A DNA stretch of 64,000 nucleotides from an uncultured Chloroflexia bacterium (GCA_963833225.1 CAWHXD010000017.1:32001-96000); one strand, 5' to 3'. Positions 37,897 to 51,117 are shown, numbered from the stretch's first letter. Notes: a model not told the origin generated them from the letters alone. Program-made: numbers and translations.

Positions 37897-38633
37897 GCCG
37901 CGCCCCCAGGGCCCTGGGGGCGGCGCTGCTGCTGGTGGTGATCATCGCGGTTGCCGGCTGGTTCTGGTACACGCAGCCACAGCCACTGCTGCCCGAGGCG
38001 ACCGCGTCACTGGTATCCACGTCCGAGGTGACCTTCGCCGAGAGCGACGGGCGGCTGGAATGGTCGCCAGCCGACAACGACTACTCGACGGCGCTCGTGA
38101 TCTATCCCGGCGGCAAGGTCCCGGCCGCGGCCTACGGGCCCGAGGCGCAGGCGATCGCGGGCGAGGGGTACCTGGTGATCATCACCCCGATGCCGTTCAA
38201 TCTCGCCGTGTTCGGGATCGGGGCCGCGGACGCGGCCATCACCGCGCACCCGGAGGTGACGACCTGGGCGCTGGCCGGGCACTCGCTGGGCGGCTCGATG
38301 GCCGCTCAGTACGCCTCCGATCACGCAGCGCAGGTCGCGGGCCTCGCCTTCTGGGCGTCCTACCCGGCCACGGACCTGTCGGGCACAAGCATCGACGTCG
38401 TGTCGATCTACGGCACGCTCGACGCCGGTGCTGCCCGCATGTCGGGGACCGAGGCACGGGATCAGCTGCCGGCGGACGCGGTGTTCGTCGCGATCGAGGG
38501 CGGCAACCACGAGCAGATGGGCTGGTACACGGGGCAGCCGAATGATCCTCCGGCCGGGATCTCGCGCGCGGACCAGCAGGCCCAGGTGGTGGCCGTCACC
38601 GTGGGGATGCTCGCGGGTGTGGCTGGACCCTAG
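37893..38633 (+). CDS. Membrane-anchored alpha/beta hydrolase (Abhydrolase_5-like)
   Basis: Signal/TM anchor, YPGGKV, GHSLGG nucleophile motif and IEGGNH. Confidence 0.88.
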   Translation: MSRAPRALGAALLLVVIIAVAGWFWYTQPQPLLPEATASLVSTSEVTFAESDGRLEWSPADNDYSTALVIYPGGKVPAAAYGPEAQAIAGEGYLVIITPMPFNLAVFGIGAADAAITAHPEVTTWALAGHSLGGSMAAQYASDHAAQVAGLAFWASYPATDLSGTSIDVVSIYGTLDAGAARMSGTEARDQLPADAVFVAIEGGNHEQMGWYTGQPNDPPAGISRADQQAQVVAVTVGMLAGVAGP

Positions 38634-38651
38634 GGTTTCGCGGGCCCCGGG

Positions 38652-41033
<2,382 letters not shown>

Positions 41034-41115
41034 CGTGTCTCCAGTGTCGGGCGCGACCGTCGCACGAGGGGTCCGGCGTGGCCGGCTCGGAGGAACGGCC
41101 GCGCTGGAGCCGAGG

Positions 41116-42984
41116 TCACCGCTTCTCGGGGCTCCCCACGAAGCGCAGGCCAAGCTCCTGGAGCTGCTCCTCGTCCGGCACCGACGGGGCCTCGAGCATC
41201 AGGTCCGAGCCGGACTGGGTCTTGGGGAACGCCATGACCTCGCGGATGTTGGTCTGGTAGCTGAGGAGCGCCGCCCAGCGGTCCACGCCGAGCGCGATGC
41301 CGCCGTGCGGTGGAGCCCCGTACTCGAAGGCGTCGAGCATGGCGCCGAAGCGCTCCTTCATCTGGGCAAGCGTATAGCCCTGCAGGTTGAAGCTGCGGGC
41401 GAGGAGACCCGGCTTCCAGATCCGCACCGAGCCACCGCCCAGCTCCCAGCCGTTGAGCGCGAGGTCGTACTGCATCGCCCGGGCCCGGCCCGCGGGATCC
41501 TCGGGTGAGCGGACGTCAAGATCGCCCGAGACCGTGGTCAGCAACGGCTCGTCCTCGGGAACGACACCGCTGAACGGGTTGTGGGTCGCGTCCCAGCGGC
41601 CGAACGGCTCGTCCCACTGGTACATCGGGAAGTGGTTGATCCAGCAGTAGGCAAGCTCGTCCGGATCGGCGAGCGCGAGGCGCCCGCCAAGCTCCACGCG
41701 CAGGCGTCCCAGGACGTCGTTGACCGTCTCACCCCGGTCGGCGACGACCAGGACCAGGTCGCCATCGGCCGCGCCGGCGGCCGCCCTCACGGCGGCCCGT
41801 GTCGTGGCGGACAGGAACTTGGCGATCGGCCCGTGCAGCTCGCCGCCCGCCTGGACCGCGAGATGGACCAGGCCCTTCGCGCCAAGCCGCTTGGCCAGCT
41901 CGGCCAGCTCGTCGATCTCGCGCCGCGTCGCCCCGCCCATGCCGGGCACGGTGATCCCCTTCACGCGACCGCCCGCGATCAGCGTCTCGTCGAACACCCG
42001 GAACCCGGACGCACCCGCACCGTCCGCGCCGGTGAGAGCCGGGGCCAGGTCGAACAGCTCCATCGCGAACCGCAGGTCCGGCTTGTCCGAGCCGAACCGT
42101 TCCATCGCGTCCTCGTACTCGAACACCGGGAACGGGACCTGGCGGATCTTCCGCCCGGGAACCGTCGCCGTGGTGACCTCGATCGCCATCCGCTCGATGA
42201 AGGCCATCAGCGTCGCCTCGTCCACGAAGCTCATCTCGAGGTCGAGCTGCGTGAACTCGGGCTGGCGGTCGCCGCGCAGGTCCTCGTCGCGGAAGCAGCG
42301 CGCGATCTGGAAGTAGCGGTCGATGCCCCCGACCATGAGCAGCTGCTTGAGCTGCTGCGGGCTCTGCGGCAGGGCGTAGACGGTGCCCGGCTGGAGCCGG
42401 CTCGGGACGATGAAGTCCCGCGCGCCCTCGGGGGTGCTCTTGATCAGGTTGGGGGTCTCGACCTCCACGAACCCGGCCGCGTGGTGGACCTCGCGGATCG
42501 CCTGCACGAGACGGCTGCGCAGGAGCAGGCGCTGCTGCATCGCCTCGCGCCGGATGTCCAGGTAGCGGTACTTGAGCCGCAGCGTCTCGTCGATCGGGGC
42601 GTCGGGGTCGTTGACGTAGAACGGCGGCGTCTTCGACTCGTTGAGGATGGTGACCCGGCGGGCCTGGAGCTCGATCGCGCCCGTCGCGAGCCTGGCGTTC
42701 TCCTGGCCCGCCTCCCGCAACGCGACGATGCCCTCCACCACGACCACGAACTCGGTGCGGACGCGGGAGGCCTCCTCGTGCGCAGCCGGAGCGTCGGCCG
42801 CATCGACCACGACCTGCGTGATGCCGTAGCGATCACGAAGGTCGATGAAGATCAGCTTGCCGTAGTCACGGCGGCGGTGGACCCAGCCGGCGAGCGTCGC
42901 GTTCGAGCCCGCGTCGTCCGCGCGAAGGTCCCCACTCGTGTGGGTGCGATACGACGTGGCGAGGCTGAACGGTTCGGCGGGCAC
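41116..42984 (-). CDS. aspS: Aspartate--tRNA ligase
   Basis: GWVHRRRDYG, FIDLRD, STPEGARDF, ALPQSPQ, RCFRDEDLR and GAPPHGGIALG motifs. Confidence 0.97.
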   Translation of the reverse strand: MPAEPFSLATSYRTHTSGDLRADDAGSNATLAGWVHRRRDYGKLIFIDLRDRYGITQVVVDAADAPAAHEEASRVRTEFVVVVEGIVALREAGQENARLATGAIELQARRVTILNESKTPPFYVNDPDAPIDETLRLKYRYLDIRREAMQQRLLLRSRLVQAIREVHHAAGFVEVETPNLIKSTPEGARDFIVPSRLQPGTVYALPQSPQQLKQLLMVGGIDRYFQIARCFRDEDLRGDRQPEFTQLDLEMSFVDEATLMAFIERMAIEVTTATVPGRKIRQVPFPVFEYEDAMERFGSDKPDLRFAMELFDLAPALTGADGAGASGFRVFDETLIAGGRVKGITVPGMGGATRREIDELAELAKRLGAKGLVHLAVQAGGELHGPIAKFLSATTRAAVRAAAGAADGDLVLVVADRGETVNDVLGRLRVELGGRLALADPDELAYCWINHFPMYQWDEPFGRWDATHNPFSGVVPEDEPLLTTVSGDLDVRSPEDPAGRARAMQYDLALNGWELGGGSVRIWKPGLLARSFNLQGYTLAQMKERFGAMLDAFEYGAPPHGGIALGVDRWAALLSYQTNIREVMAFPKTQSGSDLMLEAPSVPDEEQLQELGLRFVGSPEKR

Positions 42985-43035
42985 GGACGGGCGCTCCGGT
43001 GACGGGTTGAAGGGTGCCCATCGTACGTCACCGCC

Positions 43036-45141
43036 TCATCGGGCGGCCGCGGGCGTCCGGAGATCCATCTCCTCGAGCCAGCGCAGGAGGAGATGGTGCA
43101 CGGCCGGCGCACCGACCAGCCGCTCCGCCGGCGGCGGCAGCTCGGATGGATGGAGCACGAAGGCCTCGGTCTGGGCTCCGCCCAGGCCGCCGTGCGAGCC
43201 GACCAGCTCCTCGAACGCCGCGACCTCGCCGGTCTCGGCGTCGAGCATCGACACGACGACGAGGTCGCCCACGCAGTCGAACCCGTCGAGGCGGCGCAGT
43301 GACGGCTCCGCGAGCGGACCGAACCGCCCGAGCGGGTCCTCTCCCTCAACCCGCCCGGTCGCCAGGTGGCGCAGCCCGCCGCCGCCCAGGACCACCGGTC
43401 CGTCCGCCTCGGAGCGAACCATCACGAGGCCCACGCCCGGGTGCGACGCGAGGGCCTCCACCAGCCCGCGATGACGGTCCTCGAGCTCCTCCCACGTCAT
43501 CCGCCCGGGCGTCTCGGTGACGTAGATGTTGGCCAGGTTCCCGGACGCCGCGACGACCACGTCGTGCTCGCCGGCCCGGCCGGTGGCCTCGACCTCGCGG
43601 GCCTCGGTCTCGCCCGTCGTGTGCATCCGGCGACGGGCCAGCCTCGCCCCCCGCCCCTCCCCGCCGGCCAGCTGCGTGAGCACCGTGTTGAGGTAGCCCC
43701 AGCCCTCCACGTCGGACGTCGCGGCGAGCATCGCCGGCTCCCCGGCCATCAGGCGCCGGACCAGCTCGTCGAGGGTGGTCCCGTAGCGCTGGAGGAAGGT
43801 CGCCCCCTGGCTCTGCCCGTGGTCGGACAGGACCACGATCCGGTAGGGGCGAGGTGTCGCGGCCGCCGCCCGTTCCAGGAGGCCGATCTGCCGGTCGGCC
43901 TCGGCGATCTCGTTGAGCGCCTCGGAACGCTCAGGCCCGGCGTGATGGGCGACCTCGTCGTAGCCCACGAGGTCGACGTAGATGACCGGTACGCCACGGT
44001 GCATGTCCTCGAGCACCAGGCCGATCGACAGGTCCCGGAGCACGATGCAGGCGGCCGCCCGCAGCAGCGGGAACGGCCACCGGCGGGACGTCCGCGGCTC
44101 GAGCCCGCGAAGCCGCTGGGCGCGGGCTTCGAGCAGCTCGCGGGCAACCTCCATGGTGACCAGGACCAGCGTCCTGAACACCGTTGACGGGTCGGCGAAG
44201 AATCCGAAGAAGTCGCGACTCCTGATGCCCTGCCGGCCCAGCAGTGTCGAGGTGGTGAGCACGCTTCGCGTCGCATCCCCGGACAGCAGGTTTGCGACCG
44301 ACGATCCACCGTGGGCGAGGAGTCCGCTCCCCGTGGACACGCGCCGCTCGATCTCGGCCGCATCGGCGGGGCGGTTGGAGACGAGCAGTCGCCCGGTCGG
44401 CTTCTCGAACCATCGGAACGCCGGGATGTTGCCGTTGTCGCCGTGGAGGATGCCCGCCTGGGAAGCGGACGTCTGCGAGGGCAGCAGGACCGACCAGGGC
44501 GTGACCCGGTGGGAGCCCGACCGCACCCAGCGGGCCATGTGCGGAGCGTTGCCGGTCCGGATCGCAAACCGCAGCAGTGGCTCCGCGAGGCCGTCAACCT
44601 GGACGATGACCAGCCCGGGTGGCATCGATCCCGGCTCGGCGGGCCCCTTGCGAACCAGCTCCAGCACCACGGAGCGGTACCACGAGTCCGCCCAGTCCAA
44701 GTCCAGCACGAACCCCAGGACGAGGTTCACTACCGCGAGGTACAGCGAGAGCACGAACGCCCACAGGAAGGAGCCGACCTCGAACCCGGGCAGCAGCTGC
44801 GCGACCAGCCCGATCATCAGCCCGTTGATGAGCAGCGACAGCAGTCCGAACGTGAGGACCGCGTAGCGGACCAGGAACCGGATGACGATGGGCCGGACGA
44901 GCGCGTTCGCGGCGCTGATCCCCACGACCGCCACGACGAGGCTCGGCGGGTCGTGGAACTGGACCGGCTCGAAGATCCAGGCGACGGCGGCCAGCGCGAG
45001 GCCGTCCGCCAGCCAGGTCAGGAGGACGTAGCGGACTAGCCGGGAGCGGTCCTGCCGCCACTCGCCGGCGACACGCAGGTTGGCCCGCCAGAAGGCGGCG
45101 AGGTCACGGAGCCACTGTCGGGCGAGGGCCAGGACCCGCAT
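43036..45141 (-). CDS. Fusion of a 4-TM holin-like (YvlD/DUF360) domain and an alkaline-phosphatase-superfamily domain
   Basis: NALVRP...LTFGLLSLLING, followed by QVDGL, PSQT, YDEVAHH, SDHGQ and GSHGG. Confidence 0.8.
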   Translation of the reverse strand: MRVLALARQWLRDLAAFWRANLRVAGEWRQDRSRLVRYVLLTWLADGLALAAVAWIFEPVQFHDPPSLVVAVVGISAANALVRPIVIRFLVRYAVLTFGLLSLLINGLMIGLVAQLLPGFEVGSFLWAFVLSLYLAVVNLVLGFVLDLDWADSWYRSVVLELVRKGPAEPGSMPPGLVIVQVDGLAEPLLRFAIRTGNAPHMARWVRSGSHRVTPWSVLLPSQTSASQAGILHGDNGNIPAFRWFEKPTGRLLVSNRPADAAEIERRVSTGSGLLAHGGSSVANLLSGDATRSVLTTSTLLGRQGIRSRDFFGFFADPSTVFRTLVLVTMEVARELLEARAQRLRGLEPRTSRRWPFPLLRAAACIVLRDLSIGLVLEDMHRGVPVIYVDLVGYDEVAHHAGPERSEALNEIAEADRQIGLLERAAAATPRPYRIVVLSDHGQSQGATFLQRYGTTLDELVRRLMAGEPAMLAATSDVEGWGYLNTVLTQLAGGEGRGARLARRRMHTTGETEAREVEATGRAGEHDVVVAASGNLANIYVTETPGRMTWEELEDRHRGLVEALASHPGVGLVMVRSEADGPVVLGGGGLRHLATGRVEGEDPLGRFGPLAEPSLRRLDGFDCVGDLVVVSMLDAETGEVAAFEELVGSHGGLGGAQTEAFVLHPSELPPPAERLVGAPAVHHLLLRWLEEMDLRTPAAAR

Positions 45142-45162
45142 CGCACGCCCTCCCCCACCCGG

Positions 45163-46461
45163 TCAACCGTGCCGGTGGCCGGCGTCGGCCCGGGCGAGCT
45201 CGCGGGCCAGGTCCCCGACCCCGACGATCCGCTGCGTCCCGGCGGGGAGGTCGCGGAGCTGCACGTGCCCGTCCTTGAGCTCGTCGCCGAGGATCACCGC
45301 GAAGTGCGCCCCCTCCTTGCCCGCGGCTTCCAGCTGCCGGCCCAGCTTCCGGCGCCCGAGATCGGCCCGGACGCGCAGGCTGGCGGCCCGCAGCTCGGTC
45401 GCCAGACGCAGCCGGGCGACGGTGTCGTCGGGGTCCGCGCCGACGATCACGGCCAGCGGTCCCGACGGGTCCGCCCGGGACGCCGCCGCGTCCGGATCCT
45501 GCTCGGCGATGACGAGGGCCACGCGGTCCAGGCCCACGCCAAACCCGATGCCGGGCGTCGGCCTGCCACCCAGCAGCTCCACGAGCCCGTCGTAGCGACC
45601 GCCGCCACCCAGCGCCTGCTGCTGGCCCTCGCGCCCGGTGACGTAGAACTCGAACGCGGTCCGGGTGTAGTAGTCGAGGCCGCGCACCAGTCCCGCCTCC
45701 ACGCGATACGGCACCCCCAGCGCGTCGAGGTGGGCCTTCACGCTCTCGAAGTGCGCCGAGCACGCCTCGCACAGGCGGTCCGTGATCCGTGGGGCGGCGG
45801 CGTTGAGCGCCGCCATCGCCGGGTCCTTGGAGTCCAGCAGCCGCAGGGCGTTGCGCTCCAGGCGGTCGCGCTCGGTGGGCGGCAGGACGGCCTCATGGCC
45901 GCGGTAGTAGTCAACCAGCTCCGTGATGTAGGCGGGGCGGCAGGCCGGATCGCCGATCGAGTTGAGGAGCACCTCCACGCCGCGGACACCGGCATCGGCG
46001 ATGAACCGGGTGGCCAGCTCGATGATCTCGGCGTCGACGGCCGGGCCTGCATCTCCGATGGCCTCCGCGTCAAACTGCCAGAACTGCCGGTACCGCCCCG
46101 CCTGGGGCCGGTCGTAGCGGAACATGGGGCCCGTGGCCGTGAGCTTCACCGGCTGGGGCAGGGTCTGCATCCCGTGCTGGACGTAGGCGCGGGCAATGCC
46201 CGCGGTCGGCTCCGGGCGCAGGGCCCACGACTCGCCGTCCTCGGTCCGCGGCGCGATCCGGAACAGCTCCTTCTCCACGATGTCGGTGACGCTCCCGATC
46301 CCGCGTTCGAAGACGGCGCTCTGCTCGAACAGCGGCGTCTCGATCGGCCGGTAGCCGTAGCGGCCCGTGAGGTCCGCCGCGAGCCGGCCGAGCCGGTCGA
46401 AGGTGGCCTTCTCGTCGGGAAGGAGATCGCGGGTGCCCCTGGGGGCTCGGTAGGTGGGCAT
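45163..46461 (-). CDS. hisS: Histidine--tRNA ligase
   Basis: PRGTRD, LRPEPTA, FRYDRPQAGRYRQF, RGLDYY and GGGRYDGL motifs. Confidence 0.97.
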   Translation of the reverse strand: MPTYRAPRGTRDLLPDEKATFDRLGRLAADLTGRYGYRPIETPLFEQSAVFERGIGSVTDIVEKELFRIAPRTEDGESWALRPEPTAGIARAYVQHGMQTLPQPVKLTATGPMFRYDRPQAGRYRQFWQFDAEAIGDAGPAVDAEIIELATRFIADAGVRGVEVLLNSIGDPACRPAYITELVDYYRGHEAVLPPTERDRLERNALRLLDSKDPAMAALNAAAPRITDRLCEACSAHFESVKAHLDALGVPYRVEAGLVRGLDYYTRTAFEFYVTGREGQQQALGGGGRYDGLVELLGGRPTPGIGFGVGLDRVALVIAEQDPDAAASRADPSGPLAVIVGADPDDTVARLRLATELRAASLRVRADLGRRKLGRQLEAAGKEGAHFAVILGDELKDGHVQLRDLPAGTQRIVGVGDLARELARADAGHRHG

Positions 46462-46501
46462 CGTGGGCAAGTCTAGCCCTCGCCCACCCCGCCAGCGGGG
46501 C

Positions 46502-46852
46502 TCAGCCGGAGCGGAGCAGCCAGACGAAGGTCACGCCCAGGACCGCGAGGACGAGCCCCGCCCCTGCCGCCACCGTGATCGAGGTCCATGCCGGGAGGAA
46601 GCCCAGCTGGTCGATCTGGCGACGGCCGCTGCGGTAGCGATAGAGCCCGATCACCACGGCGGCCGCGCCGGTCCCGATGACCAGCGTCGACAGGATCCTG
46701 ACGAGCGGGATGCCCGGGTCGGCGTTGCGGGTCAGGAACTGGGCTGCCGCGAGCCCGAGGGCGATCAGCGTGACCCCGGTGCGGAACCAGGCCAGGAAGG
46801 TCCGCTCGTTGGCGAGGTGCGTGCGCGCCCGGGAGTCGGGATCGGTATCCAT
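46502..46852 (-). CDS. DUF202 (YidH-like) membrane protein
   Basis: RTHLANERTFLAWFRT signature. Confidence 0.9.
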   Translation of the reverse strand: MDTDPDSRARTHLANERTFLAWFRTGVTLIALGLAAAQFLTRNADPGIPLVRILSTLVIGTGAAAVVIGLYRYRSGRRQIDQLGFLPAWTSITVAAGAGLVLAVLGVTFVWLLRSG

Positions 46853-46892
46853 CGCCCGAAGGATACGTCCGGTCCGCGCCCGACAACCCTAA

Positions 46893-46906
46893 CGTTCACG
46901 TGAACG
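46893..46906. promoter_or_regulatory. Perfect palindrome CGTTCACGTGAACG, probable MerR-family operator
   Basis: Lies between the divergent DUF202 and merR genes and overlaps a TTCACG-17-TACGCT promoter. Confidence 0.6.
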
Positions 46907-46929
46907 GCAATGTTTGCTACGCTGGACCG

Positions 46930-47436
46930 GTGACCGAGACCGAGATGCCTCCCCGCCTGCTGCGTATCCAGGAGGTTGCCGCGGACACCGGCCTCACCCC
47001 GCGGGCCATCCGCTACTACGAGGAGGTTGGCCTGCTGGCGCCGGCCGCCCGATCCGAGGGTGCCTACCGGCTCTACGACGCCGAGGATCTCGAGCGCCTG
47101 CGCTTCATCCGCGGGCTCCGCGACGACGCCGGCTTCTCGCTTTCGGAGATCCGCCAGCTGCTCGTGGACGAGGAGGCGCGTACGCGCAACCGCGACCGCT
47201 TCCGCACGACCACCGATGTGACCGAGCGGCGGCGCATCCTCAGCGACGCCATCGCGATCGTCGACCGCCAGGTGGCCACGCTGCGCGCCAAGGTCGACCG
47301 CCTGGAGGCGATGGTCGCCGAGGCTACCGAGCGGCGGTCGCACCTCGTCAGCCACCTCGAGGATCTCGATGCGGGTCGCGAGCCCGGGCACTCCCACGCC
47401 GCGCCGCGGGACCGTGGGACCGGGGGCGCGAGTTGA
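46930..47436 (+). CDS. MerR-family transcriptional regulator
   Basis: RIQEVAADTGLTPRAIRYYEEVGLL...YRLY...GFSLSEI. Confidence 0.93.
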   Translation: MTETEMPPRLLRIQEVAADTGLTPRAIRYYEEVGLLAPAARSEGAYRLYDAEDLERLRFIRGLRDDAGFSLSEIRQLLVDEEARTRNRDRFRTTTDVTERRRILSDAIAIVDRQVATLRAKVDRLEAMVAEATERRSHLVSHLEDLDAGREPGHSHAAPRDRGTGGAS

Positions 47437-48786
47437 TCCGCGATCCGAAGCGCGGCCTGCCCTCCTTCGGGGCGGGCTTCGCCCTGCGCAACGGTGGCCG
47501 TGCGTTCCGCCATCGCAACTACCGGCTGTTCTTTGCCGGCCAGCTGACATCGCTGGTCGGCACCTGGATGCAACAGGTTGCCCAGGCGTGGCTCGTGCTC
47601 AAGATCACCAATGACCCGTTCATGCTGGGTCTCGTGACGGCGCTGGCCTTCCTGCCGGTGCTCGCCCTGGGCCTGTTCGGCGGTGTCCTCGCGGACGCGC
47701 TTCCCAAGCGCCGGACGCTGATGGCTACCCAGTCCATCCAGATGACGCTCGCCTTCGTCCTGTTCGGCCTCGTCGTGACCGACACCGTGCAGGTGTGGCA
47801 CATCCTGGTCCTCGCGGGGCTGCTGGGCATCACCAACGCGGTGGACATGCCCACCCGGCAGGCGTTCACGGTGGAGATGGTCGGCCGCGACGACATCGCG
47901 AACGCCGTCGCCCTCAACTCGGCCATCTTCAACGGCGCACGGATCATCGGGCCCGCCATCGCCGGCCTCACGATCGGCGCGTTCGGCGGCGATGTCTCGA
48001 TGGCGTTCCTGATCAACGGGTTCAGCTTCCTGGCCGTGATCGTCGCCTACGCGGCGATGCGCCAGGAGGACCTGCACAACCCGCCGCCGATCCTCCGGCC
48101 CCGCACCGTCCGCGAGGTCAGGAGCACGATCGCCGGCGGGCTCCGTTACGTCCGGCACACGGACCTGGTGCTGCTGGTGACCCTCAACGTGGCCATCGTC
48201 GCCACCTTCGGCATGAACTTCGGGGTCACGATCCCGGCGCTCGCGCAGCAGGTGCTCCACACCGATGCCACCGGCTACGGCTTCCTCATGACCGCGTCCG
48301 GGATCGGGTCGCTGGTCGCCGCCCTTTCGATTGCCTTCTCCGGGAAGTCGAGACCGGTGCTGGTCCCGCTCGGCGCAATCCTGCTCGGCATCGCGCTCAC
48401 GGCCGCCGCCCTGCTCCAGGTGTATGCGCTGGCGATCGTCGCGATGCTGTTCGTGGGCCTCGGTGCCATCGGCATGGCCGCGACCGCCAACACCACGATC
48501 CAGCTGGCCGTCCCCGACGAGCTCCGAGGCCGGGTCGATCAGCGTGTACACCACGGTGTTCGTGGGCTCCACGCCGATCGGGGGCCTGCTCATGGGCTGG
48601 ATCGCGTCAGCGTTCGGGGTGGACGTGTCGCTCGCGGTGGGCGGCATCGGGGCCGTGGTGACCGGGGCCATCATGCTTGCCTGGATGCGGCGCATCCGCG
48701 GCGGTGCGCTGTTCGCCGCCACGACCAGCTCGCCGCGGCCGGGCTCCAAGGGCGGCCCGATCCCGGCGCCCGCCCGGCCCCGCTGA
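47433..48786 (+). CDS. MFS transporter (MFS_3/DUF894 type); apparent 1-nt insertion near 48538
   Basis: HRNYRLFFAGQLTSLVGTWMQ, GGVLAD..PKRR, DMPTRQAF and NGARIIGPAIAG; the C-terminus ISVYTTVFVGSTPIG is in the next frame. Confidence 0.88.
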
Positions 48787-48834
48787 CCCCGGCTCTGGTG
48801 AGCTCCGCGTCCCGGCGCCGGGGCGCCTGTCCGG

Positions 48835-51117
48835 CTAGCCCAGCTCGCGCTGGACGCTGAGGACGTCCTTGAGCTGCTCGACGCGGCTCATGACCTTCGC
48901 CAGCTGCGCGACCGAGCCCACCTGGACGGTCATCGTGATGATCGCCGTGTGGTCCATGCTGACGCCCACGTTGGCGGCCAGGATGTTGACCTTGTTCTCG
49001 GCCATGACCTGCGTGATCTCCGACAGCAGGCCGGTCCGGTCGTAGGCTTCCACCCGGATCGCGATCGGGTAGGTCTGGGCCGCGGCCGCCTCCCACTCGA
49101 CCTCGATCAGGCGGGTGACCTCGCGCTCGTTCACGACGGTCGAGCAGGTCCGGAGGTGGACCGTGATCCCCTTGCCCCGGGTGATGAACCCCTGGATGGG
49201 ATCGCCGGGGATGGGGTGGCAGCACTTGCCAAACCGGACCAGGAGGTCGCCGACCCCCTTGACCCGGACCCCACCGGTCCGCGCGGGCTGGGCCGGCGCG
49301 ATCGTGGGCAGCGCCACCTGATCGTCACCGAGCACGCCCAGGCGCATGACCACCTGCTGGGTGGAGACGGCGCCATAGCCGATGGCGGCATAGAAGTCGT
49401 CGAGCGTGTCGTGGCCGTACGCCTTCCCGACGTCGGCGATCAGGTCATTGCCCACGGCCTGGATGCTGGTCCGTGCCAGGCGCCGGAGCTCGCGCTCGAG
49501 GCTCTCCCGCCCGTGGACGATGTTCTCCGTGCGGTCCTTCTTCTTGAACCACTGGCGGATCTTCTCCCGGGCGTGCGACGTGCGGACGATGTTCAACCAG
49601 TCTCGCGACGGACCGTGCTCGCCCTTGGTGGTCACGATCTCGACGATGTCGCCGTTCTTGAGCCGGTAGTCGAGCGGGACCAGCCGGTTGTTGACCTTGG
49701 CGCCGATCGTGCGGTGGCCGATGTCGGTGTGGATTCGGTAGGCGAAGTCGAGCGGGGTCGCACCGGCGGGCAGGTCCTTGACGTCGCCGCGCGGCGTGAA
49801 CACGAACACCTGGTCCTGGAAGATGTCGAGCTTGATCCCCTCGACGAACTCGGTCGCGTCCGATTCGCTGACGTCCCGCTGCCATTCCATCAGCTGGCGC
49901 AGCCAGGCGAGCTTCGCGTCGTAGTCGCGCTCCGCCTTGGACCCCTCCTTGTACCGCCAGTGGGCGGCGATCCCCACCTCGCTCACCTGGTGCATGGCGT
50001 GGGTCCGGATCTGGATCTCGAGCGGCTTGCCGTCGAGCGCGATCACGGCCGTGTGCAGCGACTGGTAGAGGTTGTTCTTGGGGACCGCGATGTAGTCGTC
50101 GAACTGGCCCGGGATCGGGCGCCACAGGGCGTGGACGGTGCCCAGCGCCGCGTAGCAGTCGCGGATGTCGTCGACCAGGAGCCGGATCGCGTAGACGTCG
50201 TAGATCTCGCCGAACTCGGCCCCCTTGCGCTCCATCTTCTTCCAGATGCTGTAGATGTGCTTGGGCCGTCCCTGGAGCTCGGCGACGATCCCGGCGGCCT
50301 CGAGGCGCGGCTTGAGCTCCTCGATCGCCCGATCGATGTAGCTCTCGCGACCCTGGCGGCGGGTGTCGAGGAGCTTGGCCAGATCGCGATAGGCCTCGGG
50401 CTCGAGAACCTTGAAGCTCAGGTCCTCCAGCTCCCACTTGATCTGCCAGATCCCGAGGCGCTCGGCCAGGGGGGCGTAGATCTCCATGGTCTGGCCGGCG
50501 ATGCGCTCCTGCTTCTCCGGCCGGAGGTACTCCAGCGTACGCATGTTGTGGAGCCGGTCGGCGAGCTTGATGAGCACCACCCGGATGTCATCCGCCATGG
50601 CCAGGAACATCTTGCGGATGCTCTCCGCCTGCTGCTGCTCGTGGCTGTGGGTGCTGAACTTGGACAGCTTCGTCACGCCATCGACCAGGTGGGCGATCTC
50701 CGGTCCGAACTGCTCCTCGACGTCCGCGAGGCTGAACTCCGTGTCCTCCGGCACATCGTGGATCAGCGCGGCGGCGACGGCCACGGGGTCGATGCCCATC
50801 TCCGCGAGGATCTGGGCGGCGGCGATCGGATGCGTGACGTACGGGTCACCGGATGCCCGGACCTGCGACCGGTGGGCCTCCACGGCCATGTCGAAGGCCT
50901 TCTCGACCACGCTCAGGTCGGCCTGCGGGTGGGCCTGCCGCATGGCATCGAGCAACCGGGAGCGGTACGAGGTGGCGTCGAACGGCACCTCCGCCCGACC
51001 GGCCGGGCCGCGCTCGGCGACCGGGGTCGGTGGCTTGGAACCGCGGCGCCTCGTGGACGTGCTCGTCCGGCCCCCGTCGAGGGGCTGCTCCGGATCGCGC
51101 ACCACGGGTTCAGCCAT
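48835..51117 (-). CDS. relA: Bifunctional (p)ppGpp synthetase/hydrolase Rel
   Basis: Intact HD motif (HDVPED), IKLADRLHNMRTL, RPKH, YQSLHT, EIQIRT, and TGS and ACT domains. Confidence 0.96.
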   Translation of the reverse strand: MAEPVVRDPEQPLDGGRTSTSTRRRGSKPPTPVAERGPAGRAEVPFDATSYRSRLLDAMRQAHPQADLSVVEKAFDMAVEAHRSQVRASGDPYVTHPIAAAQILAEMGIDPVAVAAALIHDVPEDTEFSLADVEEQFGPEIAHLVDGVTKLSKFSTHSHEQQQAESIRKMFLAMADDIRVVLIKLADRLHNMRTLEYLRPEKQERIAGQTMEIYAPLAERLGIWQIKWELEDLSFKVLEPEAYRDLAKLLDTRRQGRESYIDRAIEELKPRLEAAGIVAELQGRPKHIYSIWKKMERKGAEFGEIYDVYAIRLLVDDIRDCYAALGTVHALWRPIPGQFDDYIAVPKNNLYQSLHTAVIALDGKPLEIQIRTHAMHQVSEVGIAAHWRYKEGSKAERDYDAKLAWLRQLMEWQRDVSESDATEFVEGIKLDIFQDQVFVFTPRGDVKDLPAGATPLDFAYRIHTDIGHRTIGAKVNNRLVPLDYRLKNGDIVEIVTTKGEHGPSRDWLNIVRTSHAREKIRQWFKKKDRTENIVHGRESLERELRRLARTSIQAVGNDLIADVGKAYGHDTLDDFYAAIGYGAVSTQQVVMRLGVLGDDQVALPTIAPAQPARTGGVRVKGVGDLLVRFGKCCHPIPGDPIQGFITRGKGITVHLRTCSTVVNEREVTRLIEVEWEAAAAQTYPIAIRVEAYDRTGLLSEITQVMAENKVNILAANVGVSMDHTAIITMTVQVGSVAQLAKVMSRVEQLKDVLSVQRELG

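Noticed and set aside
43036-45141. Phage lysis cassette suggested by the holin-like domain
   Set aside because: The domain is fused to a phosphatase-fold enzyme, there is no endolysin or phage context, and YvlD-like domains are common chromosomal membrane modules.
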